DNA from: Patescibacteria group bacterium
GTDB taxonomy: Bacteria; Patescibacteriota; JABMPQ01; JAQVVF01
DNA length: 64,000 nucleotides
Assembly: GCA_028699085.1 (NCBI GenBank)
Contig: JAQVVF010000001.1
Span: 28,333-92,332, forward strand
Direction of reading: 5' to 3'
The notes under the pieces are model-generated. The model saw only the letters and a list, made by a program, of their open reading frames with translations. It did no database searches and was not told the origin of the DNA. The position numbers and the translations under genes were made by a program. Shown piece by piece: positions 8,299-17,537 of the stretch (within the stretch, counting starts at the first letter, position 1; each line of letters starts with the position of its first letter).

Positions 8299-9330
8299 AT
8301 GACTAAGATTAATGAATTTAACCCAACTAAAGACATTCTAGAAATACTTAGTGGTTTGAAAAAAAGAACCAAAAGTATTTTGCTTAAAAGATTCGGTTTG
8401 GGAGAAAAGAATAAGATGACTTTAGAGAGCATCGGACAAGCTTACAAAATTACTCGTGAAAGAGTAAGACAAATTGAGTCTGTTGCTTTATCTGAATTAA
8501 AAAAATCTCCTAAAATTACTGAATTAAAAAAATATGAAGCAATGTTAGAAGACTTACTCAATGAACACGGCAAAATCATGGAGCATAATTTTTTAATGTC
8601 AGAATTTAGAAAAAAATATAATCTAGACCCTATTCACGATAATGCAATCGAATTTGTATTAAAAGTTTCTTCAAAATTTAGTTCAATCAAAGAAGATGAA
8701 GAGATTAAAAAGACTTGGTTATTAGTTGATGCAGATTTAAATTTTTCTAAAAAAGTTATTAATTCTTTTGTTTTAAATCTAGAAGGCAAAGGCAAACCAG
8801 TATTAGAAAATGAGCTTTCTAACAATTTTGAATTAGAAATCAAAGACAGTAAAACATTAATTTCATATTTATCATTGAGCAAAAAAATATTAAAGAATCC
8901 ATTCAACGAATGGGGATTATCTGATTGGAGAGAAATTGTACCAAAAGGTGTTAAAGATAAGGCATATATTGTTTTAGATAAATTTAATAAGCCAGCTCAT
9001 TTCACAAAAATTACGGAACTTATTAATTCTGCAAAATTTGATTGCAAAACCGCTATTCCTCAAACTGTACACAATGAATTAATCAAAGATCAAAGATTTG
9101 TGTTGGTCGGTAGAGGCATGTATGCTTTGAAGAAATGGGGTTTTCAACAAGGAACAGTTGCTGAAATTATTGAACAAGTTATCAAAGAATCTGGAAAAAC
9201 TTTATCTAAAGAAAATATTATAAATAAGGTACTAGAACAAAGATTTGTTAAAAAGAATACAATTGTTCTAGCTTTACAAAACAAACAAAGATTCCAAAGA
9301 GTTGATGGATTATATTGCTTGGCAAAATAA
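8299..9330 (+). CDS. Putative transcription factor: N-terminal sigma-70 region-4-like HTH plus C-terminal HARE-HTH-like domain
   Basis: N-terminal LKRFGLGEKNKMTLESIGQAYKITRERVRQIESVAL matches the sigma70 region 4 / RpoD C-terminal pattern. C-terminal FVLVGRGMYALKKWGF matches the HARE-HTH signature (FVKVGRGLFGLREW in RpoE-delta). It sits immediately upstream of the membrane + ATPase pair. Confidence 0.55.
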   Translation: MTKINEFNPTKDILEILSGLKKRTKSILLKRFGLGEKNKMTLESIGQAYKITRERVRQIESVALSELKKSPKITELKKYEAMLEDLLNEHGKIMEHNFLMSEFRKKYNLDPIHDNAIEFVLKVSSKFSSIKEDEEIKKTWLLVDADLNFSKKVINSFVLNLEGKGKPVLENELSNNFELEIKDSKTLISYLSLSKKILKNPFNEWGLSDWREIVPKGVKDKAYIVLDKFNKPAHFTKITELINSAKFDCKTAIPQTVHNELIKDQRFVLVGRGMYALKKWGFQQGTVAEIIEQVIKESGKTLSKENIINKVLEQRFVKKNTIVLALQNKQRFQRVDGLYCLAK

Positions 9331-9405
9331 TTAATATTTTGTAGAATAGATAATAAGAGTACTTGGCTTTGCCAACTAATTTATAAAACTAAAATTACAA
9401 AATAA

Positions 9406-10695
9406 ATGACTGATCTTCCGTCATTAGATATTGCTTCTCAATTGCGTGATTTTTTTAGCACGTTTGGTTTTATTTTTGTCCAAGCTTGGTGGGCAATTAT
9501 ACTTGGCTTAATTTTCTTAGCTTATTATGCTTTTTTTAGAATACAAAATAATAAATTTTTAGCTGGAATTGAATATGTTCTTCTGGCAATTTCTGTACCA
9601 GCAGATAGCGAAAAAAGTCCGAAATCAATGGAACAAGTTTTGGCCGGATTCCATGGTATTTATTCTCCGCCTAATTGGTCAGAAGTCTGGATCAAAGGAG
9701 AACAACAAGCTCATATTAGTTTGGAATTAGTTGGTATTAATGGTCATGTCAGATTTATTGTTAGAACTCCTATTAAGCTTCGTGATGCAATTGAGGCTCA
9801 CATTTACGCACAATATCCAGATGCCGAACTTACCGAAGTTGAGGATTATACAGAATTTATTCCTAACAAATGGCCGAATGATCAATATGAATTGTTCGGC
9901 ACAGATTTTAAATTAATGAAGCCAGATTCCTATCCGATTCGAACATATATGCAATTTGCTGAAGAATTCGATAAGGGTTTTATCGATCCGATTTCTGCCT
10001 TCACTGAAGTTATGGGCAAATTAAATAACGGCGAGCAAATTTGGCTACAAATAACGATTAGACCGGTCAATGATTCATGGAAAGAAGAAGGTGAAAAAGA
10101 AGTTGCAAAGCTTATTGGTAAAAAAGTTGAATTGCCAGAAGATTTTTTTCAAAAAACAGTTGTTAAAGGTTGGCATAACGTTTTAAGTGCAACTGATGCA
10201 ATTTTACAAGTTCCTGCTGCTGAATCTAAAGAAACAAAAAAAGAGTATGAGTCTTTGATGCAATTTTTATCTCCTGGAGAACAAGATGTTGTCACATCAA
10301 TTCAGAGAAATATTGCCAAAGTTGGTTTTGAAACAAAATTCCGTTTCATTTATGTTGCAAAAAAAGATGTCTATCAAAAAGGACGTGGTGTTGTTGCGAC
10401 ATTAGGCGCTTTAAAACTTTTGCACACTCAAAATCTTAATTGGTTTTGGTTAGACAAACATACTAAAACGAAACTTGATTATTGGAAATTTAGAATTCCT
10501 GGTAAGCAAAGAAAAATTGTTAGATATTATAAAGAGCGCGATATGGATGCTGGAGTGCCGCCTTGCATTTTGAGTATTGAGGAATTAGCTACTTTATTTC
10601 ATTTCCCTTATGTTTCAGTTGAATCTCCTTCAGTTATTAGCGCACAATCAAGTAAAGCCGAGCCACCTTCAGATTTACCTGTTGGCAGGCAATAA
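9406..10695 (+). CDS. Single-pass membrane protein (429 aa), paralog of the N-terminal domain of the fused ATPase at 61742 onward
   Basis: One TM helix (aa 20-44). The following domain aligns with the N-terminal 430 aa of the 61742 ORF (LAISVPADSEKSP...INGHVRFIVRTPIKLRDAIEAHIYAQYPDAE versus LISVPREVKQ...INGEIRFYVSTPKRLQDYIEKTIHSQYPKAY). Confidence 0.6.
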   Translation: MTDLPSLDIASQLRDFFSTFGFIFVQAWWAIILGLIFLAYYAFFRIQNNKFLAGIEYVLLAISVPADSEKSPKSMEQVLAGFHGIYSPPNWSEVWIKGEQQAHISLELVGINGHVRFIVRTPIKLRDAIEAHIYAQYPDAELTEVEDYTEFIPNKWPNDQYELFGTDFKLMKPDSYPIRTYMQFAEEFDKGFIDPISAFTEVMGKLNNGEQIWLQITIRPVNDSWKEEGEKEVAKLIGKKVELPEDFFQKTVVKGWHNVLSATDAILQVPAAESKETKKEYESLMQFLSPGEQDVVTSIQRNIAKVGFETKFRFIYVAKKDVYQKGRGVVATLGALKLLHTQNLNWFWLDKHTKTKLDYWKFRIPGKQRKIVRYYKERDMDAGVPPCILSIEELATLFHFPYVSVESPSVISAQSSKAEPPSDLPVGRQ

Positions 10696-10710
10696 TTTAA
10701 TTTTAAAAAC

Positions 10711-12186
10711 ATGGCAAATAATGATATATCCGTTTTCGCAACGACAAACTATCGTAACAAAAAAGTAGTTTTTGGTATCAAGCGCGATGATCGTCGCAGA
10801 CACATGTATGTGATTGGAAAAACTGGCATGGGCAAAACAAACCTTATGGAAAATATGGCGATTTCTGATATTCGTGCTGGTAATGGTATTTGTGTTGTCG
10901 ATCCGCATGGCGAGTTTGCTGAGAGAATGTTAGATTTTGTGCCTGCTAATCGTATTAACGATGTTATCTATTTTAATCCAGGTGATATGGATTATCCAAT
11001 TGCTTTTAATGTTATGGAGAATATCAATCCTGCATATAAACATTTAATATCATCAGGACTTATCGGCGTTTTTAAAAAAATCTGGGCCGATTCCTGGGGT
11101 CCTCGTCTTGAATATGTTTTAAGAAATTCAATTTTAGCCTTACTCGATTATCCAGGCTCAACAATGCTTGGCATTATGAGAATGCTTGTAGATAAAGAAT
11201 ACCGAAAAAAAGTTATTGATAAGATACAAGATCCAGTAGTCAAGCAATTCTGGGTTGAAGAATATTCAAAATATCCAGATAAATTTCAAACAGAAGCAAT
11301 CGCACCTATCCAAAATAAAGTCGGACAATTTTTATCAATTTCCTTAATCAGAAACATTGTTGGCCAGTCAAAGTCTACAATTGATATGCGTGAAGCAATG
11401 GACACAAAGAAAATTCTAATCCTCAATCTAGCAAAAGGAAGAATTGGTGAAGATGCTTCAGCATTATTTGGCGCTGTCATTATAACCAAGATTCAATTAG
11501 CCGCCATGTCTCGTGTTGATATTCCGGAAGAAGAGAGAGCTGATTTTTATCTTTATGTCGATGAGTTCCAGAATTTTGCAACTGAATCATTTGCTGATAT
11601 TTTATCCGAAGCTAGAAAATATCACTTGAATTTAATTATCGGCCATCAATATATCGGGCAATTAGAAACAGGAGGATCAACAAAAGTACGTGATGCTGTT
11701 TTTGGCAATGTCGGTACAATTGCTTGTTTTAGAGTTGGTGCAGCTGATGCTGAATTTTTAGTCAGCGAATTTGAACCAATTTTTACTGAAATTGATTTAG
11801 TTAACCTAACAAAATATAATATCTATCTGAAATTAATGATTGATGGTGTTGCTTCTCAAGCATTCAGTGCTACCACCTTACCGCCATCTACAAGAAAAGA
11901 GGGCAATGCTGAAAAAATTATTAAAGTTTCGCGTGAACGATATGCGACTGACCGCAAGATTGTTGAAGAAAGAATTTCTAAATGGTCAGAAAATATTGTC
12001 AGAGATGAAGCAACAATGCCACAAGCAAGATTTTTTCCAAAGAAAAAAGAAGCTCAGCAAAGTCATCAACCTTTCAAAAAAGCATTTGGTGAAATCTTCA
12101 AACAAAAATTACAAAAAGAAGAAACCAAGCAAGAAGAAAAACCAAGAGAGACATTAAAGCCAGGACAAGTAATAAAAATGGATTAG
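10711..12186 (+). CDS. P-loop NTPase of the FtsK/HerA/TraD-VirD4 (coupling-protein-like) superfamily, with a K/E-rich C-terminal tail
   Basis: Walker A (VIGKTGMGKT) preceded by DDRRRHMYVIG, Walker B (LYVDEFQNF), and motifs VVDPHGE and GHQY. Paralog of the C-terminal half of the 61742 ORF. Confidence 0.65.
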   Translation: MANNDISVFATTNYRNKKVVFGIKRDDRRRHMYVIGKTGMGKTNLMENMAISDIRAGNGICVVDPHGEFAERMLDFVPANRINDVIYFNPGDMDYPIAFNVMENINPAYKHLISSGLIGVFKKIWADSWGPRLEYVLRNSILALLDYPGSTMLGIMRMLVDKEYRKKVIDKIQDPVVKQFWVEEYSKYPDKFQTEAIAPIQNKVGQFLSISLIRNIVGQSKSTIDMREAMDTKKILILNLAKGRIGEDASALFGAVIITKIQLAAMSRVDIPEEERADFYLYVDEFQNFATESFADILSEARKYHLNLIIGHQYIGQLETGGSTKVRDAVFGNVGTIACFRVGAADAEFLVSEFEPIFTEIDLVNLTKYNIYLKLMIDGVASQAFSATTLPPSTRKEGNAEKIIKVSRERYATDRKIVEERISKWSENIVRDEATMPQARFFPKKKEAQQSHQPFKKAFGEIFKQKLQKEETKQEEKPRETLKPGQVIKMD

Positions 12187-12199
12187 CATAATAAATTTT

Positions 12200-12225
12200 A
12201 GCCAGGATATATTCCTGGCTTTTTA
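12200..12225 (+). terminator. Rho-independent terminator AGCCAGGA-TATAT-TCCTGGCT plus T-run
   Basis: Read directly after the ATPase gene stop. Confidence 0.7.
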
Positions 12226-12264
12226 ATATTTACAAAAATGCAATAAAAAGATATACTATCACGT

Positions 12265-13377
12265 ATGCAAAAGCATGTCATTTGTGCAATGTCTGGCGGA
12301 GTAGACAGTAGTGTCGCTGCCGCATTATTAAAAAAGCAAGGTTTTAAAGTAACCGGTGTTTTTATGCGCTTTTGGCATGAACAAAATAACAAAACCTGTG
12401 CAACAAATAGATGCTGTTCTCAAGATTCATTTGATTCTGCAAGACAAGTTTGCCAGAAATTAGGCATTAGATTATATTCGCTTAATTGTGAAAAAGAATT
12501 TAAAAATCATGTTGTTGATTATTTTTTGGATTATTCTAAAAAAGGTTTGACGCCAAATCCTTGTATTGCTTGTAACAAACACATTAAGTTTGGATTCTTG
12601 ATTAAGAAATTACAGGAACTTAATGCTGATTATTTGGCTACAGGACATTATGCTCAAGTCAAAAGTCAAAAGTCAAAAGTCAAAAGCGACAAGGAAAAAG
12701 TAAAAAAAACATATAAACTTTTACGGTCTAAAGATAAAAATAAAGACCAATCATATTTTCTATATAATTTAAATCAAAAAAAACTAGCCAGGATTTTATT
12801 CCCAATTGGAAATTATACTAAACCAGAAGTCCGTGAATTAGCGAAAAACTTTGGTTTGCCAACAGCCTCAAAAGAAGAATCGCAAGAAATTTGTTTTATT
12901 CAAGAAAAAAATTATCATAACTTTTTAAAAAGAAATTTAAAAAAAATCAAACCAGGTAAGATTAAAACAGTAAGCGGCAAAACAATAGGCGAACATCAGG
13001 GCTTATGTTTTTATACTATTGGCCAAAGAAAGGGAATAGGGCTTGGTTTAGAAAAAACTTTTTATGTTGCCAAGCTTGATTTTAAGCACAATATTTTATA
13101 TGTCACAGATAATCCGGATGATAAGCAATTATTTAGTAAAATAATTAAATTAAAAAATTTGAATCTAATAGGGGAAAGACTGACTCTCCCCTATTCTTGC
13201 CAAATAAAAATTCGTTCACATGCCTCGCCTGTTTCAGGAAAAATTATTAAAATAAACAAAAATCAAGCAATTATTTCCCTGCTTTCTTCTGTTCGTGCCG
13301 TAATGCCTGGACAATCTGCAGTTATTTATAAAAGAGAAATTTTAATTGGCGGAGGAGTCATTGCAAAAGCAGAGTAA
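12265..13377 (+). CDS. mnmA: tRNA-specific 2-thiouridylase MnmA
   Basis: PP-loop SGGVDSS motif and a Cys-containing catalytic region. Contains a K-rich insertion encoded by a heptamer repeat. Confidence 0.85.
   Translation: MQKHVICAMSGGVDSSVAAALLKKQGFKVTGVFMRFWHEQNNKTCATNRCCSQDSFDSARQVCQKLGIRLYSLNCEKEFKNHVVDYFLDYSKKGLTPNPCIACNKHIKFGFLIKKLQELNADYLATGHYAQVKSQKSKVKSDKEKVKKTYKLLRSKDKNKDQSYFLYNLNQKKLARILFPIGNYTKPEVRELAKNFGLPTASKEESQEICFIQEKNYHNFLKRNLKKIKPGKIKTVSGKTIGEHQGLCFYTIGQRKGIGLGLEKTFYVAKLDFKHNILYVTDNPDDKQLFSKIIKLKNLNLIGERLTLPYSCQIKIRSHASPVSGKIIKINKNQAIISLLSSVRAVMPGQSAVIYKREILIGGGVIAKAE
12657..12685 (+). repeat. Heptamer tandem repeat (GTCAAAA) x4 inside mnmA
   Basis: Read directly. It encodes QVKSQKSKVKS within a low-complexity loop. 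Confidence 0.8.
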
Positions 13378-13436
13378 TTGTTTTAAAATAGAAATAACAA
13401 ATAGTCAAAAATTTTAATTATAATTATTTTAAACCT

Positions 13437-13640
13437 ATGGATTTTACCGATCCAAAACGTCTTTTGCAATCAAAACTGGATGATTTTCGTGATGATATCG
13501 ATGAAAGGGAAAAAGAGCTTCGTGAAATAGATGGACAGCTCAAGGAATTAAGTAGAAAAAAGGAGCTCTTAGAAGCAGAATTAGAAGAGTTTTATGCTGA
13601 AGAAAAAAGATTGCAACAAGAAGTAAAGCGTCCAGAATGA
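13437..13640 (+). CDS. Small charged coiled-coil protein (67 aa), hypothetical
   Basis: ORF with heptad-like E/K/L content. No SD. Could be spurious. Confidence 0.3.
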   Translation: MDFTDPKRLLQSKLDDFRDDIDEREKELREIDGQLKELSRKKELLEAELEEFYAEEKRLQQEVKRPE

Positions 13641-13758
13641 TAAATATCAAAGTTCTAATGTCAAATCAAATTTAAATATCAAATGACGAATTTCGAAAAC
13701 GACGCCATTTGTCATTGAGCATTTAGCATTTGCAATTTGAATTTTGAAATTAAACTAT

Positions 13759-15549
13759 ATGACATCACAACAACTCATCGATAAATATTTAGAATTTTTT
13801 AAAAGCAAAGGACATCAAATTATTCCTGGCGCATCGCTGATTCCAGAGCATGATCCATCTGTTTTATTTACAACAGCTGGCATGCATCCTCTAGTTCCTT
13901 TTTTATTAGGCGAAAAACATCCGCAAGGAAAAAGATTAACAGATCTTCAAAGATGCATAAGAACTGTTGATATTGATAATGTCGGCGATAACTGGCATTC
14001 GACTTTTTTTGAAATGCTTGGCAATTGGTCTCTGGGTGATTATTTTAAAGAAGATGCAATTAAATTGGCTTATGAATTTTTAACAAACAAAGAATATCTT
14101 AATATTTATCCAGGCAAATTATCAGTAACAGTTTTTGCTGGCGACGATACAGCGCCAAAAGATGACGAAGCTATTAGAACTTGGTTAAGTTTAGGTATTC
14201 CAGAAGAACGGATTTATGCTTTACCGAAAGAAGACAATTGGTGGGGACCAGCCGGTGAAACAGGTCCATGCGGACCAGACACTGAAATTTTTTATGACAC
14301 AGACAAGGAAAAATGCAGTGATAAATGTCAGCCAGGTTGTGGTTGCGGAAAATATGTTGAAATCTGGAATCTTGTTTTTATGTGTTACAACAAAACAAAA
14401 GAAGGAAGGTTTTTACCTCTAGCTCAAAAAAATATTGATACTGGCATGGGAGTAGAAAGAACTTTAGCCATTTTGCATACATTCGATAATTCTTATGAAA
14501 CAGAATTATTCAAGCCGGTCATGGATTTATTGGAAGACAAATTAAGCGGACATTCTCAAGATTTTAACGATGTCAGCAAAGATCCGATTAAATCAAAAAG
14601 AATTATTGCTGATCATATTCGCGCTTCTGTATTTTTATTGATGGACGGAGTTACTCCTTCAAATCTTGATCAAGGCTATATCTTAAGACGCTTAATTAGA
14701 CGCGCAGTTCGACACGCAAAATTATTAGAAATTAAAAAAGAAGAAAAAGTTAATCAACAAATTGCCAAGCTTTACATTAATATCTATAAAGAACGTTATC
14801 CAAAGCTTTTAGAACAGCAAGATATTATTATTAACGAGTTGCAGAAAGAAGAAGACAAATTCGAAATTTCCTTAAATAATGGACTTAAAGTTTTTGCTAA
14901 AATTACCACAAATTTAAAGGATAATAAAATTACAGGCTTAGATGCTTTTCATCTTTATGATACATATGGTTTTCCAATCGAAATGACAATAGAGTTGGCT
15001 AAAGAAAAAAATCTGACCGTTGACGAAAAAGAATTTAATCAAGAATTTATCAAGCATCAAGAGCTATCACGGAAAGGCGCTGAAAAAAAATTCAAAGGTG
15101 GACTTGCCGATCATTCCGAGATGACGACAAAATTGCATACCGCCACTCATTTATTGCATCAAGCCTTACGCCAAGTTTTAGGCGAACAAGTACAACAAAA
15201 AGGCAGCAACATTAATCCTGAAAGACTACGTTTTGATTTTAATCATGGCGAAAAGATGACTCCTGAGCAATTAGCTAATGTAGAAAAAATAGTTAACGAC
15301 CAAATTCAAAAAGGTTTGGATATTAAAATGGAAGAAATGTCAGTTGACGAGGCTAAAAAATCTGGGGCTATTGGTTTATTTGCTGAAAAATACGGAGATA
15401 AAGTCAAAGTCTATTCAATTGGTGATTTTTCAAAAGAAATATGTGGCGGTCCACATGCCAAAAATACTAAAGAATTACATCATTTTAAAATAAAAAAAGA
15501 GGAATCAAGCTCTGCTGGAGTTAGAAGAATCAAAGCGATTTTACAATAA
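13759..15549 (+). CDS. alaS: Alanyl-tRNA synthetase (short form lacking the C-terminal C-Ala region)
   Basis: N-terminal class II catalytic core (FFKSKGHQIIPGASLIPEHDPSVLFTTAGM) and editing-domain HxxxH (TATHLLHQAL). The ATG at 13759 is preferred over the TTG at 13744. Confidence 0.85.
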   Translation: MTSQQLIDKYLEFFKSKGHQIIPGASLIPEHDPSVLFTTAGMHPLVPFLLGEKHPQGKRLTDLQRCIRTVDIDNVGDNWHSTFFEMLGNWSLGDYFKEDAIKLAYEFLTNKEYLNIYPGKLSVTVFAGDDTAPKDDEAIRTWLSLGIPEERIYALPKEDNWWGPAGETGPCGPDTEIFYDTDKEKCSDKCQPGCGCGKYVEIWNLVFMCYNKTKEGRFLPLAQKNIDTGMGVERTLAILHTFDNSYETELFKPVMDLLEDKLSGHSQDFNDVSKDPIKSKRIIADHIRASVFLLMDGVTPSNLDQGYILRRLIRRAVRHAKLLEIKKEEKVNQQIAKLYINIYKERYPKLLEQQDIIINELQKEEDKFEISLNNGLKVFAKITTNLKDNKITGLDAFHLYDTYGFPIEMTIELAKEKNLTVDEKEFNQEFIKHQELSRKGAEKKFKGGLADHSEMTTKLHTATHLLHQALRQVLGEQVQQKGSNINPERLRFDFNHGEKMTPEQLANVEKIVNDQIQKGLDIKMEEMSVDEAKKSGAIGLFAEKYGDKVKVYSIGDFSKEICGGPHAKNTKELHHFKIKKEESSSAGVRRIKAILQ

Positions 15550-15551
15550 AA

Positions 15552-15572
15552 AAATCACCACAAAGGTGATTA
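15552..15572 (-). terminator. Hairpin ATCACC-ACAAA-GGTGAT. A U-tract follows on the minus strand, so it terminates the minus gene at 15570-15947 and perhaps alaS
   Basis: Read directly. The A-run at 15546-15553 lies on the plus strand. Confidence 0.5.
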
Positions 15573-15947
15573 GAAACGTGCGCGCTTAGTTTTTCTTCGA
15601 GGCTTCCTTGCGAAAGTAAAAACAAATTTCGTAATTCCGAATTCTGAAGAGCTATGTCTTTTTTCGACATCTTCTTTCTTATCGAGGTTATAAAGACCTG
15701 CTAAAAATTCAGCAAAGAAAGTGGCAGTGAAGAATCGATTATTCAAGTCATGACATTGATTGTAATCCTGCAAAAAAGTTACACTTCTACTTCTCGTTTC
15801 TATTCCAAATGGATAAGTTTTATCATGAAAGCCAGGAAATAAAACTTCTTTGCCAACTTTATCAAAGAGTTCAACGTCCGTAGAACTTCCTCTTTTAAAA
15901 GTGATGATTAGCGTATAGCCAACTTTAATAAGCTTTTTTTGCCCCAT
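15570..15947 (-). CDS. Hypothetical protein (125 aa), GC-richer, strong SD (AGGAGG-N6-ATG), basic C-terminal tail
   Basis: The ORF starts at MGQKK at 15947. RBS read directly. No family was recognised. Confidence 0.4.
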   Translation of the reverse strand: MGQKKLIKVGYTLIITFKRGSSTDVELFDKVGKEVLFPGFHDKTYPFGIETRSRSVTFLQDYNQCHDLNNRFFTATFFAEFLAGLYNLDKKEDVEKRHSSSEFGITKFVFTFARKPRRKTKRARF

Positions 15948-16149
15948 CTTTTTCCTCCTGACTTTAGAGCTGGTCAATATAACATATCTTTAACAAAAGT
16001 CAAGACCAGAAAATATCTTGAAACATAGTTGTTTATAATAAAAATTAAAATGTGGTATAATAACATATAACAAGTTAACAATTAACAGTTAACAAATTTT
16101 AAGTTCGTATGTGTTAATTGTTAAATGTTAATAGTTAATTGTTTACGAT

Positions 16150-17415
16150 ATGGGATTATTCGATAAATTCTTCCCGCAAGAAAAACAAAATGGAAATTAT
16201 GCGCTCGCTTTAGATATTGGCACTGATCTTGTCAAAGCTTTGATTTTTGAAATAAAGCCAGATGAACAACGAGGTTATGTCATCGGTGTTGGCCGTCAAA
16301 AGCAAAAGCTTAGCGATATTCATGCGGGAGCTGTAACAGATATTCAAGGCGTTGTCAGATCAGCAGAAAAGGCAATTGAACAAGCCGAAAAAATGGCTGA
16401 TGTCAAACCAGACCAGGTCATCTTAGGCATTGCTGGCGAATTAGTAAAAGGTATTACAACAAATGTTCATTATGAAAGAAAAAAACCAAAATTTAAAATT
16501 GATTTTCCAGAACTAAAAAATATTTTACAAAAAGTTCAATGGCAAGCTTTTAACAAGGTTCGCAAGCAATTATCTTGGGAGACAGGCTTAGACGAGATTG
16601 ATGTAAAATTAATTAATGCTGCAATTGTTGATGTCCGCATTGACGGTTATAGAATTGCTAATCCAATTGGTTTCCAAGGCAAAGATGTCAGTATTTCGAT
16701 ATTTAACGCCTATGCTCCATTGGTTCACTTGGGTGCGCTAGAATCAATTTCAACAGATTTAGAAATGGATTTATTATCAATTGCTGCAGAGCCATACGCA
16801 GTTGCTTCCTGCCAGGATAAAGAAGACTCAAAAGAATTTTCGGCAATTTTTATTGATATTGGCGGAGGAACAACAGATGTTGCAGTTGTCAAAAACGGCA
16901 TTCTAGAAGGCACAAAAATGTTTGGTTTGGGAGGCCGTGCTTTTACTAAAAGATTAGCTAACGATTTAAAAATTAATTTTTCTGAAGCCGAAGAAATAAA
17001 AATAAAATATTCTAAGAATTTACTCAAACAAGATATCGTCAAGCAAGTTAAGAAAGCTTTAGATTCAGATTGCCAGGTTTGGCTATCTGGCGTTGAATTA
17101 GCTTTATCCGAATTTGATCATATCGATCATCTGCCATCAGAAATATTGCTTTGCGGAGGAGGCAGCGCTTTGCTTGGCATTAAAAATGCTTTGCAAAGTG
17201 ACAGCTGGGTAAAAAATTTGCCTTTTACCAAAAAACCAAAAATAAATTTTTTAAAGCCAGATGATGTAACGAGCATTGTTGATAAAACTGGTTTATTGAA
17301 AAGCCAGCAAGACGTAACTCCAATGGCTTTAGCAAATTTAGCATTAGATTTAGCTGGAGAAGAAGAACCTTTGCAAGGAATTTTGCGTAAAGTTGTCAAT
17401 ATGATGCACACCTAG
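16150..17415 (+). CDS. ftsA: Actin-like ATPase, FtsA-like (cell division)
   Basis: Phosphate-1 motif (LDIGTDLVKALIF) and phosphate-2 motif (FIDIGGGTTDVAVV). 421 aa with a C-terminal amphipathic tail. PilM cannot be excluded. Confidence 0.5.
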   Translation: MGLFDKFFPQEKQNGNYALALDIGTDLVKALIFEIKPDEQRGYVIGVGRQKQKLSDIHAGAVTDIQGVVRSAEKAIEQAEKMADVKPDQVILGIAGELVKGITTNVHYERKKPKFKIDFPELKNILQKVQWQAFNKVRKQLSWETGLDEIDVKLINAAIVDVRIDGYRIANPIGFQGKDVSISIFNAYAPLVHLGALESISTDLEMDLLSIAAEPYAVASCQDKEDSKEFSAIFIDIGGGTTDVAVVKNGILEGTKMFGLGGRAFTKRLANDLKINFSEAEEIKIKYSKNLLKQDIVKQVKKALDSDCQVWLSGVELALSEFDHIDHLPSEILLCGGGSALLGIKNALQSDSWVKNLPFTKKPKINFLKPDDVTSIVDKTGLLKSQQDVTPMALANLALDLAGEEEPLQGILRKVVNMMHT

Positions 17416-17536
17416 CTAATAACCAAATTACAATAATCAGAGAATAACCAATAATCAATAAACAATTCTAAAATCTCTGATCATTTAGCTATTGGATATT
17501 GGTTATTCTCTGGTTATTGGTTATTGATTATTAAAA
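17416..17536. repeat. Imperfect palindrome built from AATAACCAA / TTGGTTATT and CAGAGAATAACCAATA / TATTGGTTATTCTCTG words
   Basis: Read directly. The same word family occurs at 54670-54777 and in the 130-nt repeat copies. Confidence 0.6.
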
Positions 17537-17537
17537 T

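Noticed and set aside
13744-13758. TTG start for alaS five codons upstream
   Set aside because: The ATG at 13759 gives the conserved AlaRS N-terminus. The TTG extension adds non-conserved residues.
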